Shown here piece by piece: positions 1 through 10,298 of a stretch of DNA of 64,000 bases. The stretch's first letter is position 1. Each line of letters starts with the position of its first letter. The notes below the pieces were generated by a model. That model ran no database searches. It had not been told where the DNA came from and saw only the letters and a program-made list of their open reading frames with translations. The stretch comes from an uncultured Chloroflexia bacterium (GTDB lineage: Bacteria; Chloroflexota; Limnocylindria; Limnocylindrales; CSP1-4). The stretch is taken from assembly GCA_963720755.1 (NCBI GenBank), contig CAVRGP010000002.1, forward strand, positions 128,001-192,000, given 5' to 3'. The translations under genes and the position numbers were made by a program.

Positions 1-1
1 C

Positions 2-1270
2 GCGGTTTTCGCGCTCGGTGGCAACACGCCGCAGCAGGCGATCAGCTCGGTCAATGCCGGACAGCAGGCCCTGGACAAGGCGAAGGCGGACCTGGCCCAG
101 GTCACCGGACCCGGGATCGACCTCATCGCCGACGACCGCTCCCAGGCGCTCGACCTGCTGACCGACGCCCATGACCAGCTCGATATCGCCGAGCAGGCGA
201 AGGTCAGCGCCGTCGTGATCGCGCCGCTCCGTGCCCAGACGGTCGCGGGCCTCGATCGCCTGTACGGGGTCGTACCCGTCACGTCGGCGCCCCTGTATAC
301 GTTCGAGCCCGCCGCCGACGCGGGCCCGACCGACCTGGCCGCGATGGTCCGTGGGCCCGACGGCGCGCCCTACGTCCTCGACCAGTCCACCAAGACCGTG
401 TATCGGGTCAACCTCAAGAACACTGACGCGACCGTCGTCGTTCGAGCTGGCACCAAGAACAAGGCGGGCACGGTCGCAACGCCCCGGTTCCTGGCAGTGG
501 GCGGCCAGGATCTCCTGATCCTCGATTCGAAGAACGTGTTGTGGCGATGGCGACCCGCAGACGCAACGGGCAAGGGGACGCTCACAAAGGTCACCGTCCA
601 GGGAGCGGCCTCGCTGGGCAGCGATGTCGCGGGGATCGACACGTTCCTGCGGCCGGGGACTCGCGGGCTGTACAACCTGTACGTCGTCGATCCGTCCGAA
701 CAGCAGATCCTGGCCTATTCACCCGCGGCGGACGGGAGTGGCTTCCCGAACAAGCCGTCCCCCTGGCTGGCGACGGCCCGGGATGTGACGTTGATGACAT
801 CGACCTACGTCGACGGCGACATCTTCGCGACCGACACGGGCGAATTGATCCGGTTCGTGGGCGGCAAGAGCGAGGGCTGGACGCCCAAGGATCCCGGCGA
901 TGAACTCCTCCGCCCGGCGCCCGAGTACTCGATCGTCACGGGCGTGAGCGCCCGACGTGAGGGCGTGGTCTACGCCTACGACGGACCGAATGCCCGGGTC
1001 GTCGCGATCTCCAAGTCGGACGGCTCGTACGCCGCCCAGTACCGATTGGCCGGCGGAGTGCCGGACTGGTCGGACCTGCGTGCGATGTACGTGGTGGCCG
1101 GGGCGGACGGGGAACCGGACACGGTCGTCTGGGCATCGCCCGACGGGATCAACCAGGCGATCCTTGTGGCCGTCCCCGACATCGCGCCGGTCGCGACCCC
1201 GTCCCCGACCCCCGAACCGAGTCCGACCAAGAAGCCGGCGAAGACGCCGAAGCCCACCAAGAAACCCTGA
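2..1270 (+). CDS. Extracytoplasmic protein with C-terminal beta-propeller-like region and P/T/S/K-rich tail (5' truncated by the window edge)
   Basis: The frame of ORF 215..1270 is open from base 2 with GC3-biased codons. Repeated blade-like motifs (PYVLD, LLILD, LYVVD, VYAYD) and tail TPSPTPEPSPTKKPAKTPKPTKKP. Confidence 0.6.
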   Translation, partial: AVFALGGNTPQQAISSVNAGQQALDKAKADLAQVTGPGIDLIADDRSQALDLLTDAHDQLDIAEQAKVSAVVIAPLRAQTVAGLDRLYGVVPVTSAPLYTFEPAADAGPTDLAAMVRGPDGAPYVLDQSTKTVYRVNLKNTDATVVVRAGTKNKAGTVATPRFLAVGGQDLLILDSKNVLWRWRPADATGKGTLTKVTVQGAASLGSDVAGIDTFLRPGTRGLYNLYVVDPSEQQILAYSPAADGSGFPNKPSPWLATARDVTLMTSTYVDGDIFATDTGELIRFVGGKSEGWTPKDPGDELLRPAPEYSIVTGVSARREGVVYAYDGPNARVVAISKSDGSYAAQYRLAGGVPDWSDLRAMYVVAGADGEPDTVVWASPDGINQAILVAVPDIAPVATPSPTPEPSPTKKPAKTPKPTKKP

Positions 1271-1291
1271 CGACCGTGGGATAATCCAGGC

Positions 1292-1855
1292 ATGGACGAC
1301 GGGCTGATCGAGATGGTCGTCGAGAGCGTCCGCGTCCATATGCTCTCGAGCCGCCACGTGGTGATCCTCAAGGAGGCCGAGGCCGACCGAGAGCGCTACC
1401 TGCCGATCTGGATCGGTCCATGGGAAGCCAGCGCGATCGCCATGAAGCTCCAGGGGCTGACGCCGGACCGACCGCTCACCCATGACCTGTTCGCTTCCAC
1501 CCTCGAGGCGCTCGATGCGCGGATCGAGCGGGTCGTCATCAGTGACCTGGCCGACGAGACGTTCCATGCCCGCATCGTCCTGGTCCACGACGGCCGGACC
1601 ACGGAAGTCGATGCCCGGCCATCGGACGCGCTCGCTTTGGCCGTCCGGACGGGGGTGAGGATCTTCGCCGCCGAGGCGGTCCTGGAACAGGCGTCGCTCG
1701 GCCGGGATGGCGGGATCGGCGAGGAGATCGAAGGCGGCGAGTCCACCCTGGAGGCGACCGGCGAACGCGTGGTCGACCCCCGACTCGACGTCTTTCGCGA
1801 ATTCGTCAACTCGCTCGACACCGAAGCCGAAGGTGGCGAGGGTCGCTCGAGCTAG
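1292..1855 (+). CDS. Bifunctional nuclease family protein (DUF151/BFN)
   Basis: Motifs LPIWIGPWEASAI, RPLTHDL and DARPSDALALA. Confidence 0.9.
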   Translation: MDDGLIEMVVESVRVHMLSSRHVVILKEAEADRERYLPIWIGPWEASAIAMKLQGLTPDRPLTHDLFASTLEALDARIERVVISDLADETFHARIVLVHDGRTTEVDARPSDALALAVRTGVRIFAAEAVLEQASLGRDGGIGEEIEGGESTLEATGERVVDPRLDVFREFVNSLDTEAEGGEGRSS

Positions 1856-1903
1856 CCCGATGACGGCCATGTTCCGACCCGCCGACCGGGTCGTGCCGAG
1901 GGA

Positions 1904-3418
1904 CTAGGTCCCGGCCCGCCGTCCGATGACCCGGGTGAGCTGGGTCGCATCCTGGCCATCGATGTACTCGAGGTCGTAGCGTTCGGCCAGCATCGCCACC
2001 TCGCGTGGATCGACCCGGATCACGTAGACGGGTCTCTGTCCCAGGTTGGTGTCGATGACGTCCGTCAGCGATCCGAGGTCCTCGTCGAGGCGGGTCCGAT
2101 CGTCCACGATCGAGATGTCCGGGCGTTGGCCCAGGACGCGCTGGCGATACCAGAGCGGCGTCGAGTAGCTCCACCAGCTGACGATGACGCTGTCAGGCTC
2201 CATGACCGCCAGGGCGTGGTCGGCCCACGTATCGGCGTCATGCCTGTGACTCATGTCGATCGCAGCGGACCGAGCCGGGATGGCCGCCACGGTCGGCAGC
2301 AGGAGGGCCACCCCGACGACCGCGGCGATGGTCCGCGTCCTGATCGTCGGGGCCGTCGCCCTCTCGCCCATGAACGCACCGATCGCCTCGACGACGACCC
2401 CGGCCAGGATGGCCAGCCAGGTCCAGGCCATGAGCGCCGGCCCGACGTAGTAGCGGGAGATGTCGGCGTTCACGTAGGACGCCGCGAAGAAGCAGGTGAT
2501 CCCCGCCGCGGTGCCGGTCAGCAGCGCATAGCGAGGCTGGCGGATCGCGGTCACCACGAAGGCGACCGGGATGGCCGGCGCGAGGAGTCCGAACTGGGCG
2601 ACGGCGAGACCGACCAGATCGCCGAACTTGCGCGGCAGGTCCCCGAACGGGTCGAGGAGGCTCCCCTGGAACTGTTCGGCGAAGACGATGTACCGGAACC
2701 CGTCCCAGGTATCCGGTCGACCGTACACGAGGGCGGCCCGGAACGGACCGGCTCGCAGCGGCAACTCGAGATAGACGACGACGAGGGTGATCGCGAGCGC
2801 GGCGACGCACCCGGCGACCAGTCGTCCACGGCGCCAGATCCCGGGATCGACGGCCAGGACGTACAACCCGACCGGGACGGCGAGCAGGACGGTCAACGAG
2901 TGATTGCCGAGCGCGAGGGCGAACACGACCGCGGCGCCGATGAGGTACCGGTCGGACCGTTCCGCCCGTCCATCGCCGTCCCACGCGACCAGCAACCAGA
3001 GCAGGATGGCGACGAACGCGAGATGCAGTGAGTGGGCCTCGGCGTGGGTCGCGATCGACCAGGCGATGGGGGTGAGGGCCATGGCGATCCCGGCGGCGAT
3101 CCCGATGGCCAGCCAACCGGTCAGGCGTCGAACGAGGTCGACGCTGACCCCGGCCGCCACCGCCAGGCAGACCGCCGACAGCAGGTTCATCCGAAAGGCC
3201 GGCTCGCCGAACGCCTGGAAGGCGACGGACGCGAGCCAGCCGATCAGCACATAGGTCGGGAACCCGGTCGGATGGGCGGTTCCCATGAGCGGGCCGACCG
3301 CCTGCAGTTCCGCGGTGTCCCAGAAAGCCAACCCGGGGAGCAGGGTGAACCAGGCGGCCGCGAAGGCGACGGCACCGACGAGCATGGCGGCGAGGAGGCG
3401 GATCCGACCCTGGTTCAC
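1904..3418 (-). CDS. DUF2723/TMEM260-like GT-C protein (putative protein O-mannosyltransferase)
   Basis: N-terminal WDTAELQ..GTAHPTGFPTY signature, AEAHSL, GNH and many TM helices. Start placed at GTG 3418, overlapping the upstream stop (GTGA); the 868-aa ORF call is over-extended. Confidence 0.8.
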   Translation of the reverse strand: MNQGRIRLLAAMLVGAVAFAAAWFTLLPGLAFWDTAELQAVGPLMGTAHPTGFPTYVLIGWLASVAFQAFGEPAFRMNLLSAVCLAVAAGVSVDLVRRLTGWLAIGIAAGIAMALTPIAWSIATHAEAHSLHLAFVAILLWLLVAWDGDGRAERSDRYLIGAAVVFALALGNHSLTVLLAVPVGLYVLAVDPGIWRRGRLVAGCVAALAITLVVVYLELPLRAGPFRAALVYGRPDTWDGFRYIVFAEQFQGSLLDPFGDLPRKFGDLVGLAVAQFGLLAPAIPVAFVVTAIRQPRYALLTGTAAGITCFFAASYVNADISRYYVGPALMAWTWLAILAGVVVEAIGAFMGERATAPTIRTRTIAAVVGVALLLPTVAAIPARSAAIDMSHRHDADTWADHALAVMEPDSVIVSWWSYSTPLWYRQRVLGQRPDISIVDDRTRLDEDLGSLTDVIDTNLGQRPVYVIRVDPREVAMLAERYDLEYIDGQDATQLTRVIGRRAGT

Positions 3419-4872
3419 CACCCGAGGATCCGGCTCCACAGCACGCCCCAGGCATTGATCGCGATGGACACGACGATGAGGCTCATTCCCGCAAGCATGC
3501 CCCATCTGTACCGAAGGACCATCCGCTCGAACCCCAGCGCAACGAGGAGCAGCGCGAACGGTGCCGCATCGTTGCTGAAGCGGTAGCCGAACTGGACCCA
3601 TCCCTGACTGAAATGCATCAGGTCGACCAGGACGATGAGCCCCACGGCGATCACCGCGCCTGCCACCAGCCGCCGGCGCCGGAACGCGAACATCGCCGGG
3701 ATGGCCAGCAGGTAGGCCGGACTCGTCAGGAGGACGCTCATCCCGGTGGCGCGCGGGAGGGCGAGGGGGCAGGCGATGTCGAACAGGCCGCGACCGGCCG
3801 AGGGGTCGACGCAGACGGCGACGGGCGCGACCCCCAGGCTGTCCGGGAGCACGGTCGGGAGCAGGTCCGGTGTCCCGAACAGGGCGATCCCGAGGTTCTG
3901 GACGGCGTAGCGGACATCCTCGATCGCCCAATCGGCGTGGTAGCCGAGGGCGGGATAGCCGGCGACCTCGAGCCGGTAGAGGTAGTCGTACGCGGGATTG
4001 GTCAGGTGGCCGGTGCTGACGAGCGTGTAGGCGAGGAGGATCCCGATCGGGATGGCCGCCCCCAGACCGGCCGACCAGGCTCGCCGCCGCCACGCTCCGC
4101 CGGCCCCGACGAAGATGAAGAACGGCGCTCCGAAGACGACGGTGAGCCGTGCCGTGCAGGCCAGGCCGAACAGGAACCCGGCCACGAACTGGCGTCGGTC
4201 GACCCGAAGCCTCGGGCCTGGCCGCGATGCGGCCGTCCCGGCCTCGAGGCCCGTGACGGCGCCCGGGTCGTCGCGGACCGCCAGGCCGATCGCGAGGAAG
4301 GCCAACCCGACAGCGACGATATGGGCCTGATACCAGGTCGTCGCCTGTTGGGCGGTGTACCAGAAGACGGTCCCGAAGGCGAAGAAGACGGTCGTGCCCA
4401 GCCGGACCGCCGTCCCGACCGGGAGCCGGCCGATGGCCCACCAGCAGATCGCGATATCGAACGCTGCGATGACCGTGTAGATGGCCTGGGCGTTGGTGGC
4501 GAGGCCCCACATCGCGACGAACGGCAGCAGGAGGAGCGCCGGGAGGGGTGGGAACGGGAGCAGGCCCCGCGGGATGCCGTCCGAGGTGACGATCGGCAGG
4601 ACGTCCTGGAAGTCGACGTTGCCGAACACGCCGTCGCCGGCGACCGGGTATCGGATCGCGGCGTGGCCCTCGAGGAACGCAGCGGCTTGCCAGACGAAGT
4701 GGTCGTACTGGCGGGCCGAGTAGCTCAGACCGTAGACGGCCAGGGCCGCGAGCACGAGGAGCAGACCGACCACGATCGCCGCCGTTCGGGCGACGTCAGG
4801 GCCGATCGGGATCTCCGTATCGAGGTACGTTTCGGGGCCCGGCGGGCGACCCTGTGCTACGCTCCGATCCAC
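3415..4872 (-). CDS. Polytopic GT-C-fold membrane glycosyltransferase, uncharacterised
   Basis: About 11 TM segments, PFPPLPA loop, WYQAH and C-terminal GWVQFGYRFSND. Start codon uncertain (4872 chosen; ORF is open to 4941). Confidence 0.6.
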   Translation of the reverse strand: MDRSVAQGRPPGPETYLDTEIPIGPDVARTAAIVVGLLLVLAALAVYGLSYSARQYDHFVWQAAAFLEGHAAIRYPVAGDGVFGNVDFQDVLPIVTSDGIPRGLLPFPPLPALLLLPFVAMWGLATNAQAIYTVIAAFDIAICWWAIGRLPVGTAVRLGTTVFFAFGTVFWYTAQQATTWYQAHIVAVGLAFLAIGLAVRDDPGAVTGLEAGTAASRPGPRLRVDRRQFVAGFLFGLACTARLTVVFGAPFFIFVGAGGAWRRRAWSAGLGAAIPIGILLAYTLVSTGHLTNPAYDYLYRLEVAGYPALGYHADWAIEDVRYAVQNLGIALFGTPDLLPTVLPDSLGVAPVAVCVDPSAGRGLFDIACPLALPRATGMSVLLTSPAYLLAIPAMFAFRRRRLVAGAVIAVGLIVLVDLMHFSQGWVQFGYRFSNDAAPFALLLVALGFERMVLRYRWGMLAGMSLIVVSIAINAWGVLWSRILGW

Positions 4873-4901
4873 CTTCCACGCTCGTGCAGGAGCCGTTCCC
4901 G

Positions 4902-7900
4902 GTGACTGGCCCCCAGACCCGCGGGACCGAGCGAGACACACGAGCGCCGTTGCCGGTTACCGGGACGCAGGGAGCCGTCGGCGCGGTCCTCGTGGTCCTC
5001 GCGCTCGGACTCGTCCTCCGACTCATCATCGCATACCTCCTTCCCGGGTCCGGATTCGAGGTCGATCTGGGGGCGTTCCGATACTGGGCGTCGAACCTAG
5101 CCTCGGAGGGACTCAACGGGTTCTATGCCCGCGACTTCTTCCACGACTACACGCCCGGCTACCTGTACGTGCTCTGGCTCGTCGGTATCGTCGGCAACGC
5201 GGCTGGGGGCGTCGGTGACCTGATCAAGCTTCCGCCCATCCTGTCCGACCTGGCGATCGGCTGGCTCGCCTGGTCGATGGTCCGGGAGCTTGGTGGGCGG
5301 GACCGCCTGGCCCTCGCCGCGGCCGCGGTGGCGGTGCTCAACCCGATCTCGTGGTTCGACAGCGTGGTGTGGGGTCAGGTCGACTCGTTCGGCGTCGTCT
5401 TCCTCCTGCTCGGGCTGCGCGAGCTGTGGCGCGACCGACCCGAGCGGGCCGCGATATTCACCGTGATCGCCGCGGTCATCAAGCCCCAGCTCGGGATCCT
5501 CATCCCGGTCGTGGCTGTCGTCACCATCAGGCGAGCGCTCTGGCCGGCCGGCGGCCACGGCGACCCGGCCCGGACCGGACGCCCGATCCGCATCCTGACG
5601 ACCGGCCTGGTCGGGTACATCACCGCCGTCGTGGTCTGTTTCCCGTTCGGCCTGTCGGTCATCGAGCTGAGCAGCCAGGCGCCCTATGTCTCGTCCGGGC
5701 TGCTCCAGCAGGTGGCGGTCGCCGCCGGCGGCTACCCGTACCTGACGGTCAATGCCTTCAACCCGTGGGCGCTGGTCCCGTCCGACCTGGGACAGAGCCT
5801 CGCCAACGCGGGCCTGTGGGTATGCGATTACGCGGGGACCGCCCAGGACTGCGGGGCCGGGACCGCGGTGTTCGGCCCGATCCCGGCGGTCGTCATCGGG
5901 ACGACCCTCCTGCTCGCCGCGATGGCCGTGATCCTCGCGGTCATCGCCAGGCGCCCGGACCGGCTGACGTTGCTCGTCGGGATGGCCGTCCTGGCGCTCG
6001 CCTTCTTCGTCGTCCCGACCCGCGTCCATGAGCGCTACGGCTACCCATTCTTCGCGATGGGCGTGATCCTGGCCGCGATCTCCCTGCGCTGGCGGATCGC
6101 CTACATCGTCCTGTCGGTGGCGACCTTCGCCAACATGTATGTCGTCCTGACCACGCTGTACCCCAACAATCCGTCGATCGCGGACTGGCTCGGGCTGGGC
6201 CCGGCGATCCGATCCGAGGCCGGCGTGGTTGCCGTGTCGGTGCTGCACGCGGTGGCGTTCGCGTGGGCGTTCGTCCAGCTGCGTTCGGACGCCCGAGCCC
6301 GGTTGGCGGAGGAACTGGTGGACGCCTCGACCGTCGACGTGCCGGAGCCAACGGACGACATCCCGGCCGGCCTGCCATCGCCGGAGGACCGGGCCCTTCG
6401 ACCGACGCCGGCGTCGAGCTCCCCGGTCGTCGTCGCCACGATGCCCACCTGGACGCCGCGCCCGAGCTTCGAGGAGGTCGGCATCCTCGGCTGGTTCAGG
6501 GCCCGTCTCGCCGACCCGCCGATCCGGCCCGACCGGAGCTCGACCCTGCGCTCGGAAGGCGGTGGACGGCTCGATCGACTCGATCTCTGGATGGTCGTCG
6601 TCCTCGTCATCGGCACGATGCTCCTGCGCACGTATCGGCTGGAACAGCCGTACCAGATGCATTTCGACGAGGTCTACCACGCCCGGACGGCCACCGAGTT
6701 CCTCCAGGATTGGCGGTACGGGCTGTCGCACGATATCTATGAGTGGACCCATCCGCATCTCGCCAAGTACCTGATGGCCGCGGGGATCGTCGCGTGGGGT
6801 GGGGACCATGTCGGCGCCACCAGCGAGCTGGGTGTCCCGGTCGTGGACGCGGTCGTCGAGCCCCGCCGGCTCGACCAACTCTCGCCGGGAGGTCGTGCCG
6901 GCGAACGGCTGTACGTCGCGACCGGCACCGAGGTGCGTGCCTACGACCTGCGCAGTCGGGAACTGGTGGCGGTCATCACCGCCCCGGGAGCGGTCAGCCT
7001 CGCCATCGACGAATCGGCTGATCTCCTCGTCATCGGCGGGTCGGACGGGCAGTTGAGCACGGTCAACCTCTTCGACATCGGCCAGTACAGGCTCGATAGC
7101 GACCTCAAGCCGATCGAGGTCGCCAACGTCGGTCACCCGATCGATCACCTCGTCGTCACTGACGATGGGTCGACCGTGGTCGCCGCGTCCGACGAACGGC
7201 TGACGGCCGTCGATCCGTTCGACGGGACGATCCACGGTTCGATGGATCTTCCTGGCATCGCCGACCTGTCGCCGGGTGGGACAGGATCGGCGATCGTCGC
7301 CAGCGTCGACGATGTCGGCGACCCGACCGCGGCCGCCTCGGCGCTGGCTGCCGTGATGGCGACCAACGGGTCGGCCGATGCCGAGGCGAGCCTCGCGGCC
7401 GACTACGAGACGCGTCTGGCGGGGGCAGCCTCCGGAACCACGGTCGTGCTCGGGGATCCGGGCAGCGGTGATGTGCGGACCGCCCTGGACGACGCGATCG
7501 CGGCCGGTTCGCTGCCGGGTATCTCGGTCGGGAGCGTGTCACGGATCGCCGCTGCGACGTCGGACGGCGTGGCCTTCATCGACCCCGCCCGCGTCTCCCT
7601 GGTCACGACCATCCTGCTCGACGGCGGTGCGCACGGGCTGGCGATGGTGACCGGCCTGGACGATCCGAAGATCTACGCGACGTATGGCGATGCCGCGGCC
7701 CCCGGCTACCAGGTCATCACCGTCGGAGGTGCTCAGGCGGATGCAGGACCGACCGCCGGCAGTTCGCACCCATTACCGGGGCTCGGCTCCCTCGTCACCT
7801 ACGACCCTGCCAGCCAGATGGTCCACATCCTGGGGCACGCCCCGGCCCCCGCCGGCGACGCCTGGACCGTGTACGTGGTCGAACCGCACGGCAACGCGGT

Positions 7901-10298
7901 CTTCGCCGATGCCCGGCTTCCTGATGGGTTCACGCCGTCGGCATGGGGTTCTGACTTCAACCCGGAGTACCCCTCGGAGGATCGGCAGCAGATCCTGGTC
8001 TTCGACCACGCTGGGGCGTCGGCCGCGATCGACGCGGGATCCCACGCCTTCGCCTGGCGGCTGCCCGGCGTCATCGCCGGGGCATTGACCGCCGCCCTGC
8101 TCTACCTCCTGACTCGGATCCTGTTCCGCCGCAGACTCGTGGCCGGCCTCGTGGCGCTCTTCGTCATCGCCGACGGCATGTTCTTCGTCCAATCCCGGAT
8201 CGGCATGAACGATGTCTACGTCGGGCTGTTCATCGTCGCCGCCTACACCCTGTTCGCGATGGTCTGGACAGGTTGGTGGCGAGGCCGCTCCGCGTTCTGG
8301 CTGGCCATGCCGGTCATCGGGGTCCTGCTCGGGCTGGCACTGGCCAGCAAGTGGGTCGCGGCCTATGCGATCGGCGCCCTCGTGCTGCTGATCCTCATCC
8401 GCAGCGCGCTCGGTCGGGTGCTCGCCATCCTCGGCATGATCGGGATCACGACGGTCCTGGGCTACATGGCCATCAGCGTCGCCGCCATCGAGGGCGGGCC
8501 GGACCCCGGGTTCGGGAACCTGACCTTCCTGCTGATCATGATCGCGCTGACTCTGCTGGCCGTCGTCGTGGCCGTCGTCCACCCGATCGCCTGGACCGAC
8601 GACGAGATGCGTTTCGCGGTCGGAGCGCCGGCCGTTCTGGGGGCATTGGTCTTCTTCGGGGCCGTCGGGACGGGTCGGATCGATTCGACGATCGCCATGG
8701 GGCCGCTGACCGTCACGCCGTTGCTCATCGCGATCGCCCTCGGGCTCGGATCGGTGGTGGTCGCCGTCCTGTTCTTCCTCGGTGGACGGATCGGGTTCGG
8801 TCCCCTGGCGTCTCCACCGGCCGACGACGACCCGATCCGGCTGCTCGACCCGCCCGGCACGCCCCCGGATGGCTGGCTCCGGCCCGGCTGGCTGTTGGGC
8901 CTGCCGGTCGTGTGGGTGGCGATCTGCATCCTCATCCTGCCGCTCGCCGTGTATGTCATCACCTACATCCCGTGGGCCCTCATCGAGAACCACCAGATCG
9001 TCCCTGGCTGGCCGCCCGGTCACACCGGCCAGACCCTCCTCGACCTGACGGGGCAGATGTACGGCTATCACAACGGCCTGACGGCGGCGCACCCCGCGTC
9101 CTCGCCCTGGTGGGCCTGGCCGATGAATCTGAAGCCGGTCTGGTTCTACCAGCAGAGTCTGGCGGCCGGAACGTCGGCCGCGCTGTACGACGCCGGCAGC
9201 CTGGTCATCTGGTGGATGAGCATCCCGGCGATGGCGTTCGTCGCCTACATGGCGTTCAAGCGGCGGAGTCTGGCCCTGACCCTCATCGCGATCGGGTTCG
9301 CCGCCCAGTGGATCCCATGGGCGCGGATCGATCGGGCCGCCTTCCAGTACCACTACTACACGTCGTTGCCGTTCCTGGTGATGGCCCTGGCCTACTTCGC
9401 CGCCGAGCTGTGGCACGGCGCCTCACGGCACACCTGGGCGCTGGCCCGGGCGGCCGGTGCCATCGCGATCGTCGCCCCGGCCGGCCTGTGGATCCTCGAC
9501 CGGCCCCTCTGTGCGATCGTCGGCGTCGACTCGGTCAACCCGGGCTCAGCCGCCTGCCCAGCCGTGATCCCGGACTTCGTTCTCACGGCCAGGACCGCCG
9601 GCCTGGCCCTGGTCGTCGGGATCGGTCTGATCATCATCATCCGGCGGTTCCTCGCGTTCGATCAGGCTGACGATGGCAGTGGCGACGGGGGCCAGCTCAC
9701 GGAGGCGTTCCGGTCACTCGTCTGGACCGGCCTGGCCGTCATCGCCGGATTGATCGTCGTGGCCTTCCTGCCCGACACCCCGATCCTGGTCCTGACCAGC
9801 GTCCCGGTGGAGCCGATCGCGCTGATCGTCGCGATCCCGCTCGGGTTCCTCGGCCTGCAGGTGTTCGCGTCAAGAGACGCACATCGGTTCGTGGTCGGTC
9901 TCGGCGTCGCGGTCGTTGCCTGGTTCGCCATCCTGTACCCGAACATCAGCGCCCTGCCGCTGCCCGCTGCCGTCGTCGCGGCGTACCAGGGCATCCTGCC
10001 GACCTATCTGTACGCCTTCCAGTTCCCGGTCAGCACGGTCACCCGGGCGACGGACACCCCCCTCCTGACGCCCATGCTCCTGGTCCTGCTGATCGCCCTG
10101 ACAGTGACCTGCCTGGTGGTCGCCTATTCCGCCTGGGTCTGGCGACTGACGCTGGCCGAAGCGAGAGCCGCGTCGGTGCCGCCGACGGATCCGACGCGTC
10201 CGCCGGCCCGGACGACCTGGCCCGGACCGGCAACGCCTGAGGGACGGCGGCCCGGAAGTCCGGCGGCAGCTGCCCGCCGGCCGCGAGACGGCGGATGA
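4902..10298 (+). CDS. Giant GT-C fusion: GT87/PIG-M-like mannosyltransferase + GT39 (PMT) protein O-mannosyltransferase with a large soluble insert
   Basis: N-domain DYTPGYLY, WGQVDS, IKPQ, HERY. PMT motifs FDEVYH, HPHLAK, WRLP, SRIGMND, SKW, HPASSPWWAWP, FQYHY. GTG 4902 follows AGGAG. True stop is probably 10240 (see indel finding). Confidence 0.8.
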   Translation: MTGPQTRGTERDTRAPLPVTGTQGAVGAVLVVLALGLVLRLIIAYLLPGSGFEVDLGAFRYWASNLASEGLNGFYARDFFHDYTPGYLYVLWLVGIVGNAAGGVGDLIKLPPILSDLAIGWLAWSMVRELGGRDRLALAAAAVAVLNPISWFDSVVWGQVDSFGVVFLLLGLRELWRDRPERAAIFTVIAAVIKPQLGILIPVVAVVTIRRALWPAGGHGDPARTGRPIRILTTGLVGYITAVVVCFPFGLSVIELSSQAPYVSSGLLQQVAVAAGGYPYLTVNAFNPWALVPSDLGQSLANAGLWVCDYAGTAQDCGAGTAVFGPIPAVVIGTTLLLAAMAVILAVIARRPDRLTLLVGMAVLALAFFVVPTRVHERYGYPFFAMGVILAAISLRWRIAYIVLSVATFANMYVVLTTLYPNNPSIADWLGLGPAIRSEAGVVAVSVLHAVAFAWAFVQLRSDARARLAEELVDASTVDVPEPTDDIPAGLPSPEDRALRPTPASSSPVVVATMPTWTPRPSFEEVGILGWFRARLADPPIRPDRSSTLRSEGGGRLDRLDLWMVVVLVIGTMLLRTYRLEQPYQMHFDEVYHARTATEFLQDWRYGLSHDIYEWTHPHLAKYLMAAGIVAWGGDHVGATSELGVPVVDAVVEPRRLDQLSPGGRAGERLYVATGTEVRAYDLRSRELVAVITAPGAVSLAIDESADLLVIGGSDGQLSTVNLFDIGQYRLDSDLKPIEVANVGHPIDHLVVTDDGSTVVAASDERLTAVDPFDGTIHGSMDLPGIADLSPGGTGSAIVASVDDVGDPTAAASALAAVMATNGSADAEASLAADYETRLAGAASGTTVVLGDPGSGDVRTALDDAIAAGSLPGISVGSVSRIAAATSDGVAFIDPARVSLVTTILLDGGAHGLAMVTGLDDPKIYATYGDAAAPGYQVITVGGAQADAGPTAGSSHPLPGLGSLVTYDPASQMVHILGHAPAPAGDAWTVYVVEPHGNAVFADARLPDGFTPSAWGSDFNPEYPSEDRQQILVFDHAGASAAIDAGSHAFAWRLPGVIAGALTAALLYLLTRILFRRRLVAGLVALFVIADGMFFVQSRIGMNDVYVGLFIVAAYTLFAMVWTGWWRGRSAFWLAMPVIGVLLGLALASKWVAAYAIGALVLLILIRSALGRVLAILGMIGITTVLGYMAISVAAIEGGPDPGFGNLTFLLIMIALTLLAVVVAVVHPIAWTDDEMRFAVGAPAVLGALVFFGAVGTGRIDSTIAMGPLTVTPLLIAIALGLGSVVVAVLFFLGGRIGFGPLASPPADDDPIRLLDPPGTPPDGWLRPGWLLGLPVVWVAICILILPLAVYVITYIPWALIENHQIVPGWPPGHTGQTLLDLTGQMYGYHNGLTAAHPASSPWWAWPMNLKPVWFYQQSLAAGTSAALYDAGSLVIWWMSIPAMAFVAYMAFKRRSLALTLIAIGFAAQWIPWARIDRAAFQYHYYTSLPFLVMALAYFAAELWHGASRHTWALARAAGAIAIVAPAGLWILDRPLCAIVGVDSVNPGSAACPAVIPDFVLTARTAGLALVVGIGLIIIIRRFLAFDQADDGSGDGGQLTEAFRSLVWTGLAVIAGLIVVAFLPDTPILVLTSVPVEPIALIVAIPLGFLGLQVFASRDAHRFVVGLGVAVVAWFAILYPNISALPLPAAVVAAYQGILPTYLYAFQFPVSTVTRATDTPLLTPMLLVLLIALTVTCLVVAYSAWVWRLTLAEARAASVPPTDPTRPPARTTWPGPATPEGRRPGSPAAAARRPRDGG

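Noticed and set aside
1904-4510. 868-aa ORF as a single protein (likewise 19985..22033, 37318..39129, 42985..44304)
   Set aside because: The N-terminal parts are R/P/G-rich off-frame readings of neighbouring genes; real starts are at stop-coupled or RBS-preceded codons downstream.
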